64,000 nt of DNA from Vicugna vicugna (Eukaryota): positions 6,959,779 to 7,023,778 of the forward strand of contig MU058198.1 of the NCBI GenBank assembly GCA_013265495.1, in the 5' to 3' direction. The translations under genes and the position numbers were made by a program. The notes under the pieces were generated by a model. That model made no database searches. It worked only from the letters and a program-made list of their open reading frames with translations, and was not told the origin of the DNA. Positions 40,801-54,059 of this stretch are shown one piece after another. Numbering within the stretch: position 1 is the first letter of the stretch; each line of letters opens with the position of its first letter.

Positions 40801-41867
40801 AGGCCTACCCACCTCCACACACATACACATATTCATAGGAGAATCTTAGAATGACAGTGTTGGAAAAGATCTCAGAAGTCTGAAAATTCCACCTTTCTCT
40901 CCTCTCTGTTTTCATCTTCACATTTTTTAGATAAGGAACCTGAGGCCAAATCTAACACAGGAATTAATGGCACCCCCTGACTCACTCTCACTCATCTTTT
41001 TTCCAGAATACTCTAAGCAGTTTGGGAATGGATGGTATTTAACTTTTTCTGTATCCTTCATAGCACTGAGAGCTGGGCTAAGCATGTAACAGGGACTAAC
41101 GACACTAGTTTAAATGAACAGGACATGCTTCTCTGATATCCCTGGGGAAAAAGAAAGTGCCTCTAACAGAAGGCTCTAGGGATGAAGAGAGATGAAAAGG
41201 AGTATTAGGTCAAATCTAGCCCATCTCACCACAACTCCAAGGACAGAATCAAAGAAGCAAGGGAAGAGAGAAAACATTTATAGAGAACATACACAAGCAC
41301 TGAAAGTATTTAGTTCTATTACAACAGAAGTGACTAAGGCCCAGAGATGTTAGTGAGGTCAGAGGCAGGGCCCAACCCTGAGTGTTCTGATATCCAACTC
41401 CACGGTCCTCCTTGGTCTCACCTGTCAATCCCAAGTGACTACCCTGGACCGTGGCTTGGAATGTCTGGGTCTTGTTCCTGTCTGGACCATCTCCGAAGTT
41501 CAAGGTGGTCAATAACCCCACGACGTGAGACCCATGCCACTTCTCTGTGACTGTCCCATTCACGGGGCACAGGGTCAGCTGGCCAAAAGATCTCAAGAAG
41601 GAGACCCAGTCCTATGAGCAGAAGGAAGGAAGGGGAGAGGTGAGAGATTAGCAGCAAGAGCTCGCCAGCAGGGGAAGGATGAGCAGGAGGGTAAGTACTC
41701 ACCTGAGGGATGTCAGGGCTGCGCAGGCCAGTCCTGTGGGTGAGGAGGAAGACACCAAGGCCGAGGCCAGAAAGGCCAAGCAGCAGCAGGATGAAAGTGG
41801 CACAGACCAGAGGTGGGTGGTGGGCCAGGCAGAGATGCAGGTTGTGCCCTGCCTGGCAGCTGCCCAT
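34846..41867 (-). CDS. TMEM219: Transmembrane protein 219 (IGFBP-3 receptor), 240 aa
   Basis: Exons 41867-41703, 41611-41422, 36592-36363, 34983-34846 sum to 723 nt. MGSCQAGHNLHLCLAHHPPLVCATFILLLLG start, ends CFHPRRESHWSRTRL. Confidence 0.94.
35670..35870. mobile_element. MIR SINE
   Basis: aatcctggctctgccacttaac...gtttcctcatctgtaaaatgggataa. Confidence 0.7.
36070..36270. mobile_element. MIR SINE
   Basis: gttttacagatgaggaagctgaggctcaga...caaggtcacacagc. Confidence 0.65.
36940..37600 (+). mobile_element. Old L1 ORF2 3' fragment
   Basis: A-rich L1 phrases: ggatatgaacaggaaattca...aaatggccaataaac...gatgttcaa. Confidence 0.6.
37611..37759 (-). mobile_element. tRNA-derived SINE (camelid Vic-1-like)
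   Basis: Reverse strand ggggagggtatagctcaaagtggtagagcacatgcttagcat...ctgggttcaatctccagtacctcc with A/B boxes. Flanked by tgtcagtttt / tgtcaatttt. Confidence 0.85.
38944..39058 (-). mobile_element. tRNA-derived SINE (camelid Vic-1-like) with 14-bp TSD
   Basis: Same family as the copy at 37611. TSD atatgtgattactt at 38930-38943 and 39059-39072. Confidence 0.9.
39140..40690 (+). mobile_element. 5'-truncated LINE-1 (L1MB-like), antisense in TMEM219 intron
   Basis: ORF2 C-terminal remnant (LDPILTPYTKINSKWI) and a 3' UTR ending caataaagctgtta. Confidence 0.9.
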
Positions 41868-42948
41868 GGGGAGCAGAGGGGTCTGGGCCTCCAGGGAGAG
41901 CCTGCTGGAGGACAGGATGAAAGACCTGGACAAGAGCCTACCAGTAAGAAGGCACTTACCCATTTTATTCAAAGGGAAGTTAAAGCACCAAGAAGATAAG
42001 GGATGTGCCCAAGGTCACACAGCCAGTTAGTGGCAGAGTGAGGACAAGAACCTAAGACTCTTGACTCTTAAGTGTTCATCTCCATGCACCACTCAATACA
42101 AGTTTGCTGCATTTCATTTCTGAAGTAATCAAGGCGGAAGCAGAGCAGAGCACGCTGTACTTGAAAAGGGAACTCAGAAAGAAGAATTCTCAAAGGGAGA
42201 AATTCAGGAACCAGCTGTTCTGGGTCTAGGGTTTGGCTGAAGAACAGTTCCAGCTGATAGCCCAGACAAGGGAAGTGTCTGACGAACAGAATTTCACTTT
42301 GGAGCTAAACTGCTCAATTTGAATCCTCCTCTGCCACTCACTGGCTATGTGAGAAAAATCAGCTAACATTTGCGAGCTTAAGATTCTATGAAATGGGAGG
42401 TCTAAGAACACCACCAAAAGTAATGAGGACTAAATGGGACAGATAAAACAGGTTGTATAATACTTGGTCTTGCAGGAACTGAACAAATGTCCATTTCCTT
42501 TCTATTTCTCTGGGTCATATTGATCTTCAAAACCAGGCGAGGCACGACAAAAATACAGTGGGGAAAACTGGGACTTTAACGCAGGAGTAGTAGGGCCGAG
42601 GTCTGAAACTCGTCTCCTGCTTCCAAGTGGAGTGTGACTTCCCAGACGAGAAGCGACAGCCTGATGAAAAGGAACATCTGGAAGGCGAGATAAACATACG
42701 GGACAGGGAGAGAAAAAGGACTCCAGGGAAATGCAGGTGTCACAAATGCTCAGCCCGGGCCCTTCCTCCCGTCCTTACACATCTGGAAAGGGGGAAAAGG
42801 CAGGAAAGGGGAGGGCAGAGCTTGAGGGTCGGCGGCTGGTGGTGTCCCTAGGCGTTCCCCTCCCCCAGAAAGCCCCTCTGGCAGAAACTCAACACCCGCA
42901 TCCCTTCCCAGGCTAGCGGCTTTAGGTCCGCCCGCCGCTCGCTCTCAC

Positions 42949-43420
42949 CGCTCGCAGCACGGCGGAGGCCGACTACCCCGCGACGTCACGCGTGGAGTCG
43001 CGAAGGGGCGGGATCCGCGCTCCCTCCCACCCACCCCACCCCCTCGGCGGGGATTCGCATGCGCAGTGCCCACGCAGGCGGCCGCCACGCCTCTCCTAGT
43101 CAGGGTGGGGGCGTACCAAGAGGAAATCCAATGCAGGGGCAAAAGGCTAGAAATAACTCCGCGGGAGGTGAGTAAAAGGAAGAATGCAAGGGATCTAATC
43201 CTAGAGACGTTGTGGAAGTTAAGCTCTCCATCTGGAGAGACCATGGAGGCATTTCGACGAGAATCTTGTCGCAGACATTTTTCTTTTACTCGTCTCCCAC
43301 CCGCGCCAATAGCACAGCCCAGCCGCGCCCAGGTTCCGGGTAAAGATTTGGGGTCCGCCCGAGGGCGGGGCTCCGGTCCTAAGATTCTGGCCTTCCGGGA
43401 GGGCCGCGGTGGTTGAACTT
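42949..43420 (-). promoter_or_regulatory. TMEM219 non-coding exon 1 and CpG island promoter
   Basis: Donor CG|GTGAGA at 42949/42948, joined to the acceptor at 41904. CRE-like CGACGTCA 42981-42988, GC box, NRF1 CGCATGCGCA 43056-43065. Confidence 0.75.
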
Positions 43421-43929
43421 CGCTATTCTCTGCAGCCCAGTTGTGTTTAACGTCTACGTTAAAGTTCCTGGCTTTAGTTCCTGACTTTCAGCGACTCATT
43501 AATGCACAGTATCCTACAGCTGCAACGCAGCTCACTAAAGACCATCCCATTTCACTTCTGCCTGCATTTAAGGATGAGAACACGAGATCCATCTTAATCT
43601 CAAACAGCAAGACACGTGGAGCAAAGAACCTTGGGTTCAAATCCTGACTCTGTCCCTGCCTCTGTATAAACCATAGCGTGCTCTTCTGCGGACTGAGTTT
43701 ACTGCTCTGTTAAAGAGGAGCATCCTTATTTCAGTGGCTGAACTGGAAGATTTAAAGGTAACGTGTGGGAAAACATGGAGCCCCTGAGCACACAACCAGC
43801 ACTGGACAAATGCTGCTTGAAACAGAATCTGAGTATTCAACTCTACTGAGGCTTACTTAAGGCACAGATCATGTTGTTTCTGTACTATCACCCTCAAAAG
43901 TTTACAGCACAAAATCCTCTCAAAGACAA

Positions 43930-45256
43930 TCAAGTGATACTCACCAAGGGTGCCAAGACCATTCCAGTGGGGAAAAGCTTGTCTTTCCAATAAATGGTGT
44001 TGGGGAGACTGGATATCCACATGCAAAAGAATGAACTTAAACCTTTATTTTACACCTTATGCAAAAGTTAATTCAAAATGCATGAAGTACTAAATGTAAG
44101 AGCTGAAACTATAAAACTGTTAGGAGAAAACATAGGGGAAAGCTTCATGATACCGGATTTGGCAATAATTTCTTGAATATGACACCAAAAATACAACAAA
44201 AGAAAAAAATACATAAATTGGACTACATCAAAGTTTAAAGCGTCTACGCATCAAAGGACACAACAGAGTGAAAAGGAAACCTATGGAATGGGAGGAAATA
44301 TTTGCAAATTATGTGTCTGCTAGGGAGTTAATACCCAGAATATATAAAGAACTCCTACAACTCACCGACAAAAAAACCAACCAGGTTAAAAAATGGGCAA
44401 GGGACTTGAACAGACATTTCTCCAGAGAAGATACACAAATGACTGACAACACATGAGAAGATGCTCAACGTCACTAATCATTAGGGAAATGCAAATCAAA
44501 ACCACAATTATATACCATTTCATACCTATTAGGATGGCTACTATAAAAAAAAAGCAAAATAATAAATGTTGACAAAGTTGTGGAGAAAGTGGAACCCTTG
44601 TGTGTTATGGGTGGGAACGTAAAATGGTACTACTATGGAAAATAGACCAGTGTATCTTTCAAAATTTTTAAATAGAATTTACCATATTATCAAGCAATTT
44701 TTTGGTTTATACCCCCTCCCAAAACTGAAAGTAGGGCCTCCAAGAGATATTCATATACCATGTTCATAGCAGCATTATTTAAAAGAGCTAAAAGGTGAAG
44801 CAACCCAAGTGTCTATAGACAGATGAATGGATAAACAAAATATGGTATATACATACAATGAAATATCACTCAGCCTTAAAAAATGAAGAGCATTCTGACA
44901 CATCCTACAACATGGATGAACTCTTGAGGACATTATGCTAAGTGAAATAAGCCAGTTACAAAAAAACAAATATTGTATGATTCCATTTATATGAGGTACA
45001 TAAAGTGGTCAAATTCATAGAGACAGAAAGTAGAATGGTGGTTGCCAAGGATAGAGGGAGAGGTGAACGGGGAGTTATTGTTTAATGGGTTCAGAATTTG
45101 AGTTTTGCTAGATGCAAAGGGTTCTGGAGATGGATGGTGGTAATGGTTGCACAACAAGGTGAGTGTACTTAACAGTACTGAACTATGTACTTAAAAATTA
45201 TTAAGATGGTAAATTTTATGTGCATTTTGCCACAATTAAAAATAATAATTAAAAAA
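43930..45256 (+). mobile_element. 5'-truncated LINE-1 (L1MA/MB-like)
   Basis: ORF2 remnant KRKPMEWEEIFANY...[10 protein letters not shown], followed by an L1 3' UTR and A-rich tail. Confidence 0.9.
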
Positions 45257-48200
45257 CCTGAGGGGGGAATTTATGGCACAGTCTCCTAGTGGGTATAGTG
45301 GGTGTTTTATAAATGCCATTGACTTAGTTGCAATTCCAAGTGTAGGAAGTATTTCCTTCTCAAAGGAAAACTAAGGGTAGATGACATAATTTTAGAATCT
45401 AGGAGTTGGAAAGCACTTAATAACTGATCAAGTTCAACAATAGCACCCCACCCTATATTTTCCAGATGCTAAACTGAAATCTGGAGAGGTTAAGGGACTT
45501 GCCCCAAGTCTCCTAGCCAGTTAAGCCTCAGCCAAAACTAGAGCCCAAGTGTCCCAACACTGAATCTAGTCCTTTCCCTCTAAATCCTCTTTCCTCAATC
45601 CTGCCAAGAGAGCCCTTCTGAAAACCTACAAAGGTCTCTGCCTATTCATTCTCAGTCATGCCCAGCCCAGGTTAGGCCAACTAGGTAAACTTTACCTAGT
45701 CTTGATCTAGTCTCTCCACCAGCACCCCAGCTCCTGGAGTACAATGTTCTCATAAGCCCCAGGTCTTTTCGTAGTTTGAACACATAGTATTCACTCACTA
45801 AGTATTTGTTGATTAATTTACTAAAGCAGCTTCATACAGGTGTTTCCCTGAGAACACACCCATTTTCAGTCTCATTTATGGTTGGGAGCATGTCTGCCCA
45901 TGCTTAAATGTTTGTGAAATTTAGGTTAAAGTGTAAAAGAAAGTTTATTCAGTCAACAATTATTTTTTTAGTGTCTGCTATGGTCCAGGCACAAAATTAG
46001 TATCCATACAGCAAAAACTTTGTCAATGCTTCCACCTAATGACAAGTCTAATTTGTAGGATAAGATAAGATATGAAAGTGCCCAGTATAGTGCTGGTATA
46101 CAATAGGAAATCAAGAAGTGATTTTCCCCATTATTCTTGTGCTACAGAGTAATTAGGCACATTTGGACAGCAGTTCCTGTAAATGACCATAATTGATATT
46201 TACTTGCCAAACCAAGCAATTCTATGGACCAGTAGAGGCAAACTGGTTAGAGCAAGAAACTACCTTGAGATCTGAGAATCAGGGTAAATGGATGTGAACA
46301 AGTGTCTTATGTATTAAAAAAAATTGGAGGGGAGCACAGGAAGACAAAAAATTGGTTGTGTACTATAATGCCCAGCATTACACCAACATTCTGACTTAAT
46401 CCACTCATTAGGCCCTCAAGGTGAATGTTATTGTGGGAACCTGGTCCTAGACAGGCTTAATTTAACCAAGGTTACACAAATAGTAGATGGCATAACTTGG
46501 CTTATGATTCAAGCTTGACTATAGCCTATCATGTGAGAATCAGAAAGCTGACTGAGAAGGGAATCAACCAGTCCCTTGAAAGGAATCTAGGGAGGGATTC
46601 CTTGGTCACTCCAAGGTGGTAAACTCCTCTCAGAGCTCTGGTCCCAATAAAGCTTCTCTTAGGGATCTGTTTGATCTTTTTTCTTTATAAATTACCAAGT
46701 CTTAAAACTTTGGGGAACTAAAGACCCTTTTGAGAATCTGATGAAAGCTTTTCCTTCAGTCAGGCAGCCAGATACTCATTCAACAAACATCTATGAGCTG
46801 CCTGGCTCTATTCTGTGAGCTAGAAATACAACAGTGAACAAAGTATTCAGGATCCCTGGTATCCTGGAACTACAATCTGCCTCTGGACACTGTCCTTGAA
46901 AAAAATGCACTTTCATCTCAACATTTACATGCAGTTTCAGTCAGTGGAACCTCAGTCCTCTTGGAGCTCATCCTTGGACAAGAGCCCCTAGATATTTAAT
47001 AAGGGTCCTTCTACCCTAGTTAAACCTCAGTTTTGTGTTTAGTTTCATAGCAGAACTGCTTGATAAAATGACTGCTTTCTCCCTTTATTACTTGGTTTTA
47101 TCCTGTGCTTCATCCATGCAATCAACCAAGTCACTCATTCAACAAACATGTGAATACTTTCTAAATGCCAGGCACTGAGGAAAGTCATTTCCTACCAATT
47201 TTTGCCTCATACATTTTGGATTCTGTTGACAGGTGTGTATAATGTTTATAATTGTTATACCTTGTTGATTAATTGAAATTTCATCAATATGTTATGTCCT
47301 TCTTTGTCTCTTGAAACACTTTTTGACTTAAATTTTATTTTGTCTGATATTAGCATAGCCATCTCTGGCTATCCTTTGGTTATTATTTGCATGGAATATC
47401 TTTTTCTCTCTTTTTACTTTCAACCTCTTTGTGTATATATGAGGCAAAAATTGACAAAATTGAAAGGAAAAAGAAAGTTGGAAATTTCTATACTCAATTT
47501 TAATAGTGGATAGAACAAATAGAAAATCAATAAAGAATTAGGGATTTTAACAATGCTATAATCCAATTAACCTTAACAAATACATAGAGAACATTCCACC
47601 CATTCTTCTCAAGGGCATATGGAAAATGCTCCAGAATATACCATGTATTAGGTCACAAAATGAATCTCAATAAATTTAAAAGATTAGAATCATATAAAGT
47701 ATCTTCTCCAACCACAATGGAATAAAGCTAGAAATCAACAATAGGAGGAAAACTGGAAATTTCACAAATACGTGAAAAGTAAACAATACACCCTTAAACA
47801 ACTAAATATTCAAAGAAGAAATCACAAGGGAAATTAAAAAATACTTTGAGGTGAATGAAAATGAAAAAAACATATACAGTGAAACATATGTTTTGAATGC
47901 CCCAGAGGGGATGCAGAGAAGGCAGTGCTCAGAGCAAAATTGATAGCTGTTAACACCTACATTAAAAAAGGGGAAAAAAAGATCTCAAATTAATAACCTA
48001 TTTTAATACCTGAAGAAACTAGAAAAAGAAGAGCAACCTAAACACAAATCTAAAAAAAGGAATGATTTAATAAATTTTAGAGTGAAGATAAATGAAATAG
48101 AGAATAGGAGAAAAATAAGATCAATGAAACCATGTTGGTTCTTTGAAAAGATTAACAAAATTGACAAAACTTTAGGTAAATATCTCTAGGTAAATTGACT

Positions 48201-48948
48201 AAGGAAAAAAAGAGAGAAGATTCAAATTACTAAAATAAAAAATGAAAGTGGAGACACTACTGCCAACCTTACAGAAAGAAAAAGTATTATTAGAGAATAC
48301 TACAAACAATTGCGCAGTAACAAATTAGAAACCCTAGATGAAATGGATAAATTACTGGAAACATACAAATTACCAAAACTGATTCAACAAGAAATAGAAA
48401 ATCTGAACAGATCTATAAGAAGTAAAGAGATTGAATCGTAATTTAAAAAAACAAACAAAGTATTTCCCAGGACCAGATGACTTCACTAGTGAATTCTACC
48501 AAACATTTAAAGAATATAAACTCTTCAGAAAAAGAGAAGAGAAGAGACCACTTCCTAATTCATTTTATGAGGCCAGCACACCCTGATACCAAAGCCAGAC
48601 AAAGAAATCACTAGAAGAGAAAACTATAGACTAATATCCCCTATAAATATTAATGCAAATACCCTCATCATAACAGTAGCAAATCAAATTCAGCAGCATA
48701 TTAAAACAGTTACACACCATAACCAACTGGAATGTGTCCCAGGAATGTAAGAATGTTTCAACATACAAAAAAAATTTCACATTAATAGAATGAAGAAAAA
48801 ACCTACATGATCATCAAAATTATGCAGAAAATCCTTTGATAAGATCAACACCTTTTTATGATTAAAAATACTCAATAAACTAGGAAAAGAAGAGAATGTC
48901 CTCAAAATGATAAAGCCCAAAAATGATTAACCCATAGCTAACAATATA

Positions 48949-49263
48949 CAGTTGATCTTTGCAGGGGTTAGGGACACCGACCCTCTACACAGTCAAAAAT
49001 CCACGTGTGGGTGGAGGCTATAGCTCAGTGGTAGAGGGCATGCTTGGCATGCATAAGGTACTGGATTCAATCCACAGCGCCTCCATTAAGGATAAAAAAA
49101 AAATCCACATATAACTTTACAGCCAGCCCGCTATATCCATGGTTCTGCATCTGAGGATTCAATCAACCAAGGTTTGAGTAGTACCATAGTACATGTGTAT
49201 TGAAAAGAATCCATGTATGTGTGGATCTGCCCAGTTCAAACCGTGCTGTTCAAGTGTCAACTG
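48949..49263. mobile_element. MER8-like (Tigger2-family Tc1/mariner) MITE inserted in L1
   Basis: TA-CAGTTGA...TCAACTG-TA: terminal inverted repeats with TA duplication. Removing it restores the L1 ORF2 sequence. Confidence 0.85.
49009..49098 (+). mobile_element. tRNA-derived SINE (Vic-1-like) inserted in the MITE
   Basis: gggtggaggctatagctcagtggtagag...ggattcaatcc plus A tail. TSD aaaaatccac at 48995 and 49099. Confidence 0.85.
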
Positions 49264-51759
49264 TACTCAATGGTAAATGATTAAAAGCTTTCCCCTAAGA
49301 TCATAAACAAAACAAGGATTCCTACTTTGGCCAATTCTATTGAACATGCAGTATTACAAGTTCTAGCCAGAACAATTAGGCAAGAAGAAGAAATAAAAGA
49401 CTTCCAAATTAGAAAGGAAGAAGTAAATTTATCTCTTTTCACAGATGATATGCTCATATACAGAAAACCCTAAGGAATCCACAAAAAATTTTGGAGCTAA
49501 TAAATTAATTCAGCAAAATGGCAGGATATAAAATCAACACACAAAAATTGGTTGTATTTCTATACATTTGCAACAATCAGAAAAAGAAATTTAAAAAATA
49601 ATTCCACTTGAAATAGCATCAAAAAGAATATAATACTAAGGAATAAATTTAACGAAGGAGATCAAAGAATTGTACACTGAAAACTACAAAATATTGCTGA
49701 AAGAACTTAAAGGAGAACTAAATACACAGAAAAATTTCCTGTGTCCATGGATTGGAAAACTTAATATTGTTAAGATGACAATACTATCCAAAGTGATCTC
49801 CAGATTCAATGCAAATCCTAACAAATCTCAATGTGGTCCTTTAAAGAAATAGAAAAACCTATCCTAAAATTCATATGGAATCTCAATGGACCCCAGTTAG
49901 CGAAGATCATTTTGAAAAAGAAAGAAGTTGGAAGATTCACTTTCCTGGTTTCAAAACATACTACAAAGTTACAGTAATCAAAGCAGTGTGGTACTGGCAT
50001 AAGGACCAACAGATAAGCCAACGAAATAGAACAGAGAATCCAGAAACAGACTCTTACATACATGGTCAGTTGATTTTCAACAAGTGAGCCAAGACCATTC
50101 AATGGAGAAAAGACTCTTCTCAACAAATGGTGAGAGGAAAACCAGATATCCACATGCAAAAAATGAGAAGACCATACACAAAAATTAACTCAAAGTAGGT
50201 CAAAATAGGTCAAAGATCTATAGCTAAAACTATAAAAAAACATATAAGAAAACATAGGGGCAAATCTTCATGATATTGTATTTGGCAAAGATTTCTTGGA
50301 TATGACACCAAAGTCACAAACTGGACTTCATCAAAATTTAAAACTTCTGTGTATTCAAGAACAATACCATGAGAGTGAAAAGAAAGCCTATAGAATGGGA
50401 GAAAATATCTGCAAATAATATATCTGATAAGGGATTAAAATCAGAAAATATAAAGGAGTTCTATAACTCAACCACAACAAAACACAACCCCATTTTTAAA
50501 ATGAACAAAGGACTCAAATGGATATTTCTCTCAAGGAGATATACAAATAGTCGATAAACACATGAAAAGATGCTCAACATCGTTAGTCTTTAGGGAAATG
50601 CAAATCAAACCCACAATGAGATAATACTTTATATCCATTAGAATAGCCATAATAATATTTTTTAAAAAAGGAAAGTGACATGTATTGGTGAGGATGTGGA
50701 GAAACTGGAAACTTTGCACATGATTGGTGGAAATGTAAATGGTGAAGCCACTGTGACTGTTCTTCAATAAACTAAACATGAAATTATCATATGACCCAGA
50801 AATTTCACTCCTAAGCATATACCCCACCAATTTAAAACAGGTGTTCAAAAACAGATGTATACTAATGTTCATAGTATCTCTATTCATATTAGCCAAAAGG
50901 TGGAAATAACCCAAATGTCTATTGACAGATGATGAATGGATAAACAAAATATGATGTATACATACAATGGAATATTATTCAGCCTTAAAAAAGAAGGACA
51001 CAATGACACATACTGCCACAGGAATGAACTTTGAGGACATTACGCTAAGTGAAATAAGCCGGTTACAAAAGACAAATACTGTATGATTCCACCTTTATGA
51101 GGCACATAGAATAGTCAAATTAACAGAGGCAGAAAGTAGAATGGTGGTTGTCACCAGCTGTGGAGAGAAGGGAATGGAGAGTAATTCTTTGATGAGTACA
51201 GAGTTTCAGTTTGGGATGATGAAAAAAGTTCTGGTGATAGCTATACAATGTGAATGTACTTAATGCCACTGAACTGTATACTTAAAGATGGTTAAAATCA
51301 TAAGTTTTATGTCCTGTTTATTTTACCGCAATTTTAAAAAATTGGAGAAAAAAAGAATGAAACACTGGCACATGCTACAACATGGATGAACCCTGAAAAC
51401 ACGCTAAGTGAAAGAGGCCAGACACAAAAGTGCACATATCATATTATTTCATTTATATGAAATATCCAGAACAGGCAAATCCATAGAGACAGAAAGCAGA
51501 TTAGTGGTGCCAAGGGTTGGGCAGAAGGGGGACTAGGAAATAACTGCTTAATGGATTTAGGGTTTCCTTTGGAGTGATGAAAATTTATTGGAACTCCTTA
51601 GCTGTGATGACTGCACAATACTATGAATGTACTTAACGTCACTGAATTGTATTCTTGAAAATGATTAAAATGGTAAATTGTATGTTATGTGTATTTTACC
51701 ATTATTTTTAAAATTGAGCTTATTATTTTTCCTTAATATATACTCTTTTTACTGCATCT

Positions 51760-53760
51760 TCACCTCAGGTAACAGTATCACCATCCACCCCAGTCTTCCA
51801 AGCAAGAAACCTCTGAGTCAGTCTTGACTCCACCCTCTCCCCTTACCCCACACATTCCATCCATCATCAAAATTGTCTCTGGTATCCTTCCCCTCCTCTC
51901 TATGCCTACTGCCTTTGATTACTTTAGACTCTCATTATTTCTCATCAGGACTACTGCAGCTCTCTCCTAACCCTTCTCACTGCCTCCAGTTTCTCCTCCC
52001 TTCAACCCATCATGCACATTGCCTACTCAACTAGCTTTCTAAAAGAGCAATCTCAAGATTCTGCTGCCCTGCTAAAGACCTCTGCTGACTCCAGGAGAAA
52101 GTTCCAACTCCTGATACATCCTTCACAACCTAGCCTTAACTATCCAGCATCATTTTTCCATCTTTCACTCCAGCCACATAATGTCTTGCACTTATAGCTA
52201 TTCCACACCACCGTATTTTGGCTAGCACTGTACTCTCTTCGTGGAACACACTTCTACCTTCAGCACACTTTTTCTTTCTTCAAGACCAACCTAAAAGGTC
52301 ACAGCAGCTCTGATGTTTTCCCTCCACTCTCAGAATTGAGCCTCCATCCCCATCATACTTCTGCAACACTTGTTACAGTAAATCACACCCTGCATTTTAG
52401 TTTTTTGTAGAAAATTTATCTCCTTTGGATTGTGAATTCCTGAAAGGCAAATACCATGTCACATCTTCCTCATCTCTATAACCTCAACCCTCAACACAGT
52501 ACTTGGCACGTGGTGGTCTCAAAATGTTGGTGAGCTCCCTCTCCCATTCCCCTCAGCAACTGTTCTAAATCTCTCCTACTCTCCTCAGATCCTTTCCCCA
52601 ACCTCTGAAATGTCCATCTGAACTGTCAGCAGATGACCTCACCAGAAAGAGGCCATCACCCATGAAATTCTGTAATTTCGGCCCTTGCCATACACCTCCA
52701 CCTCCTACATACACTTCCCTGCATACCCATCCAAATTTTCCCCATCACTGCTATTCACAGAGGAAGATATGTCCCTCCTCCAGCCCAAGGCCAATCCCTT
52801 CGCTGTGCTCCAGAATCCCTCTCATCTCCTCAGTACTTCCTGAGTCATCCTTCTCTCCCTTTACACCTAGATTCATTCAACAAATATTTACAGAGTAACT
52901 CTCTGTGTCTGGATGCTGGGATTATGATGGCAAATGAGTTAGATAGTGTTCCAGTTAGTGTTCCGTAAAGCTTCCACTACAGTAAGAAAGATAGACAAGT
53001 AGTTTCTAAACGGACAGGAAGGAAAGGAATACGAAGATACAGGGAATAAGAGGTAGGCCACTTTTAATAAGGAGGTCATAGAAGGGTTGTGTGTGTGTGT
53101 GTAGGTGACATTTGAGCAGATGCCTGAAAGATGGGAATGAGTTTTCTACATGAAGGTCTGGGGGATGAGGATTCCAGGTAGAAGGCACAGCAGTGCGAGG
53201 ATTCAGAGAGAAAAAGACAAGCCAAGGTTGTCTCATTGGCCTATAAAGCCCTGCAAGCTCTGGTCCCCGTCACCTCTCTGACCCCATTTCCCACTATCCT
53301 TCCCCTCCCTCAGTCTACTGGCCACCTTGCTGATTTTCAATTATGTCAGGTCTACTTTCACCCTACAGCCTTTGTGCTGGCTGTTCTCACTGCCTGTAAA
53401 ATTTTCCTTAGACATTTGCTTGGCTAACTAGCTCAGTTCTTTGTCTTTGCTCAAAAGTCACCTTCTTGACAAGGCTTACCCAACTACCCTTTAAAACTGC
53501 TATTCATATCCCCCTACTATCATGGACACTCCTGATCCCCATTATCCTACTTTGTGTTTTATTTTTCTATGGTGCCCATCACCTTGTAACATACTACATA
53601 ACTGACTTAGTCATTAAGTCTACTGTTTATTGTGACTGCCCCCTCACTAGAATGTAAGCTTCATGAGGGCAGGAGTCTTTGTTTTGTCATTAATGTATAC
53701 TAAGGACTGAGAATAGTGCCTGGCACATAATAGGCACTTCACACTTATTTGTCAAATAAA
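51760..53760. mobile_element. Cluster of LINE-2 fragments
   Basis: cattcaacaaatatttac, ctagaatgtaagcttcatgagggcagg and agtgcctggcacataataggcac L2 3'-end phrases. Confidence 0.55.
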
Positions 53761-54059
53761 TTAATTCTTCAAAACGTACCTCAGATATCAGGTCATTCAC
53801 AAAATTTTCCCCAGCTGTGACCAATCCCCACTCTCCCCCAAAAAGATGAAATTAACTCCTCCCTTCTTTAGGCCAACTTTGTATCTTGTACCTTTGTCGC
53901 ATTTTCCAGATGATATTGCTGTTTGTACATCTACATTACCAGGGCAAGATTCGAGACCCATCTGATTTATTCCTACATACTTGTAGAATTACTGTTACTG
54001 ACAGCTCAGGACCTAGAAATAGTAAACATGTATTATTTTGATCAATAAACTAATAAAAC

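Larger units (their letters stand above)
47196..51712 (+). mobile_element. About 4.5 kb decayed LINE-1 with inverted 5' segment (47196-47430) and nested insertions
   Basis: Near-continuous ORF2 remnants from endonuclease through RT to the C-terminus ([30 protein letters not shown]) plus 3' UTR. Confidence 0.9.

Noticed and set aside
49009..49098. tRNA genes here and at 37611 and 38944
   Set aside because: A/B boxes are present, but the copies are mutually diverged and have A-rich tails and TSDs, so they are SINEs.
47430..51000. Active L1 ORF2
   Set aside because: Many stops, frameshifts and nested insertions; only short ORF fragments remain.
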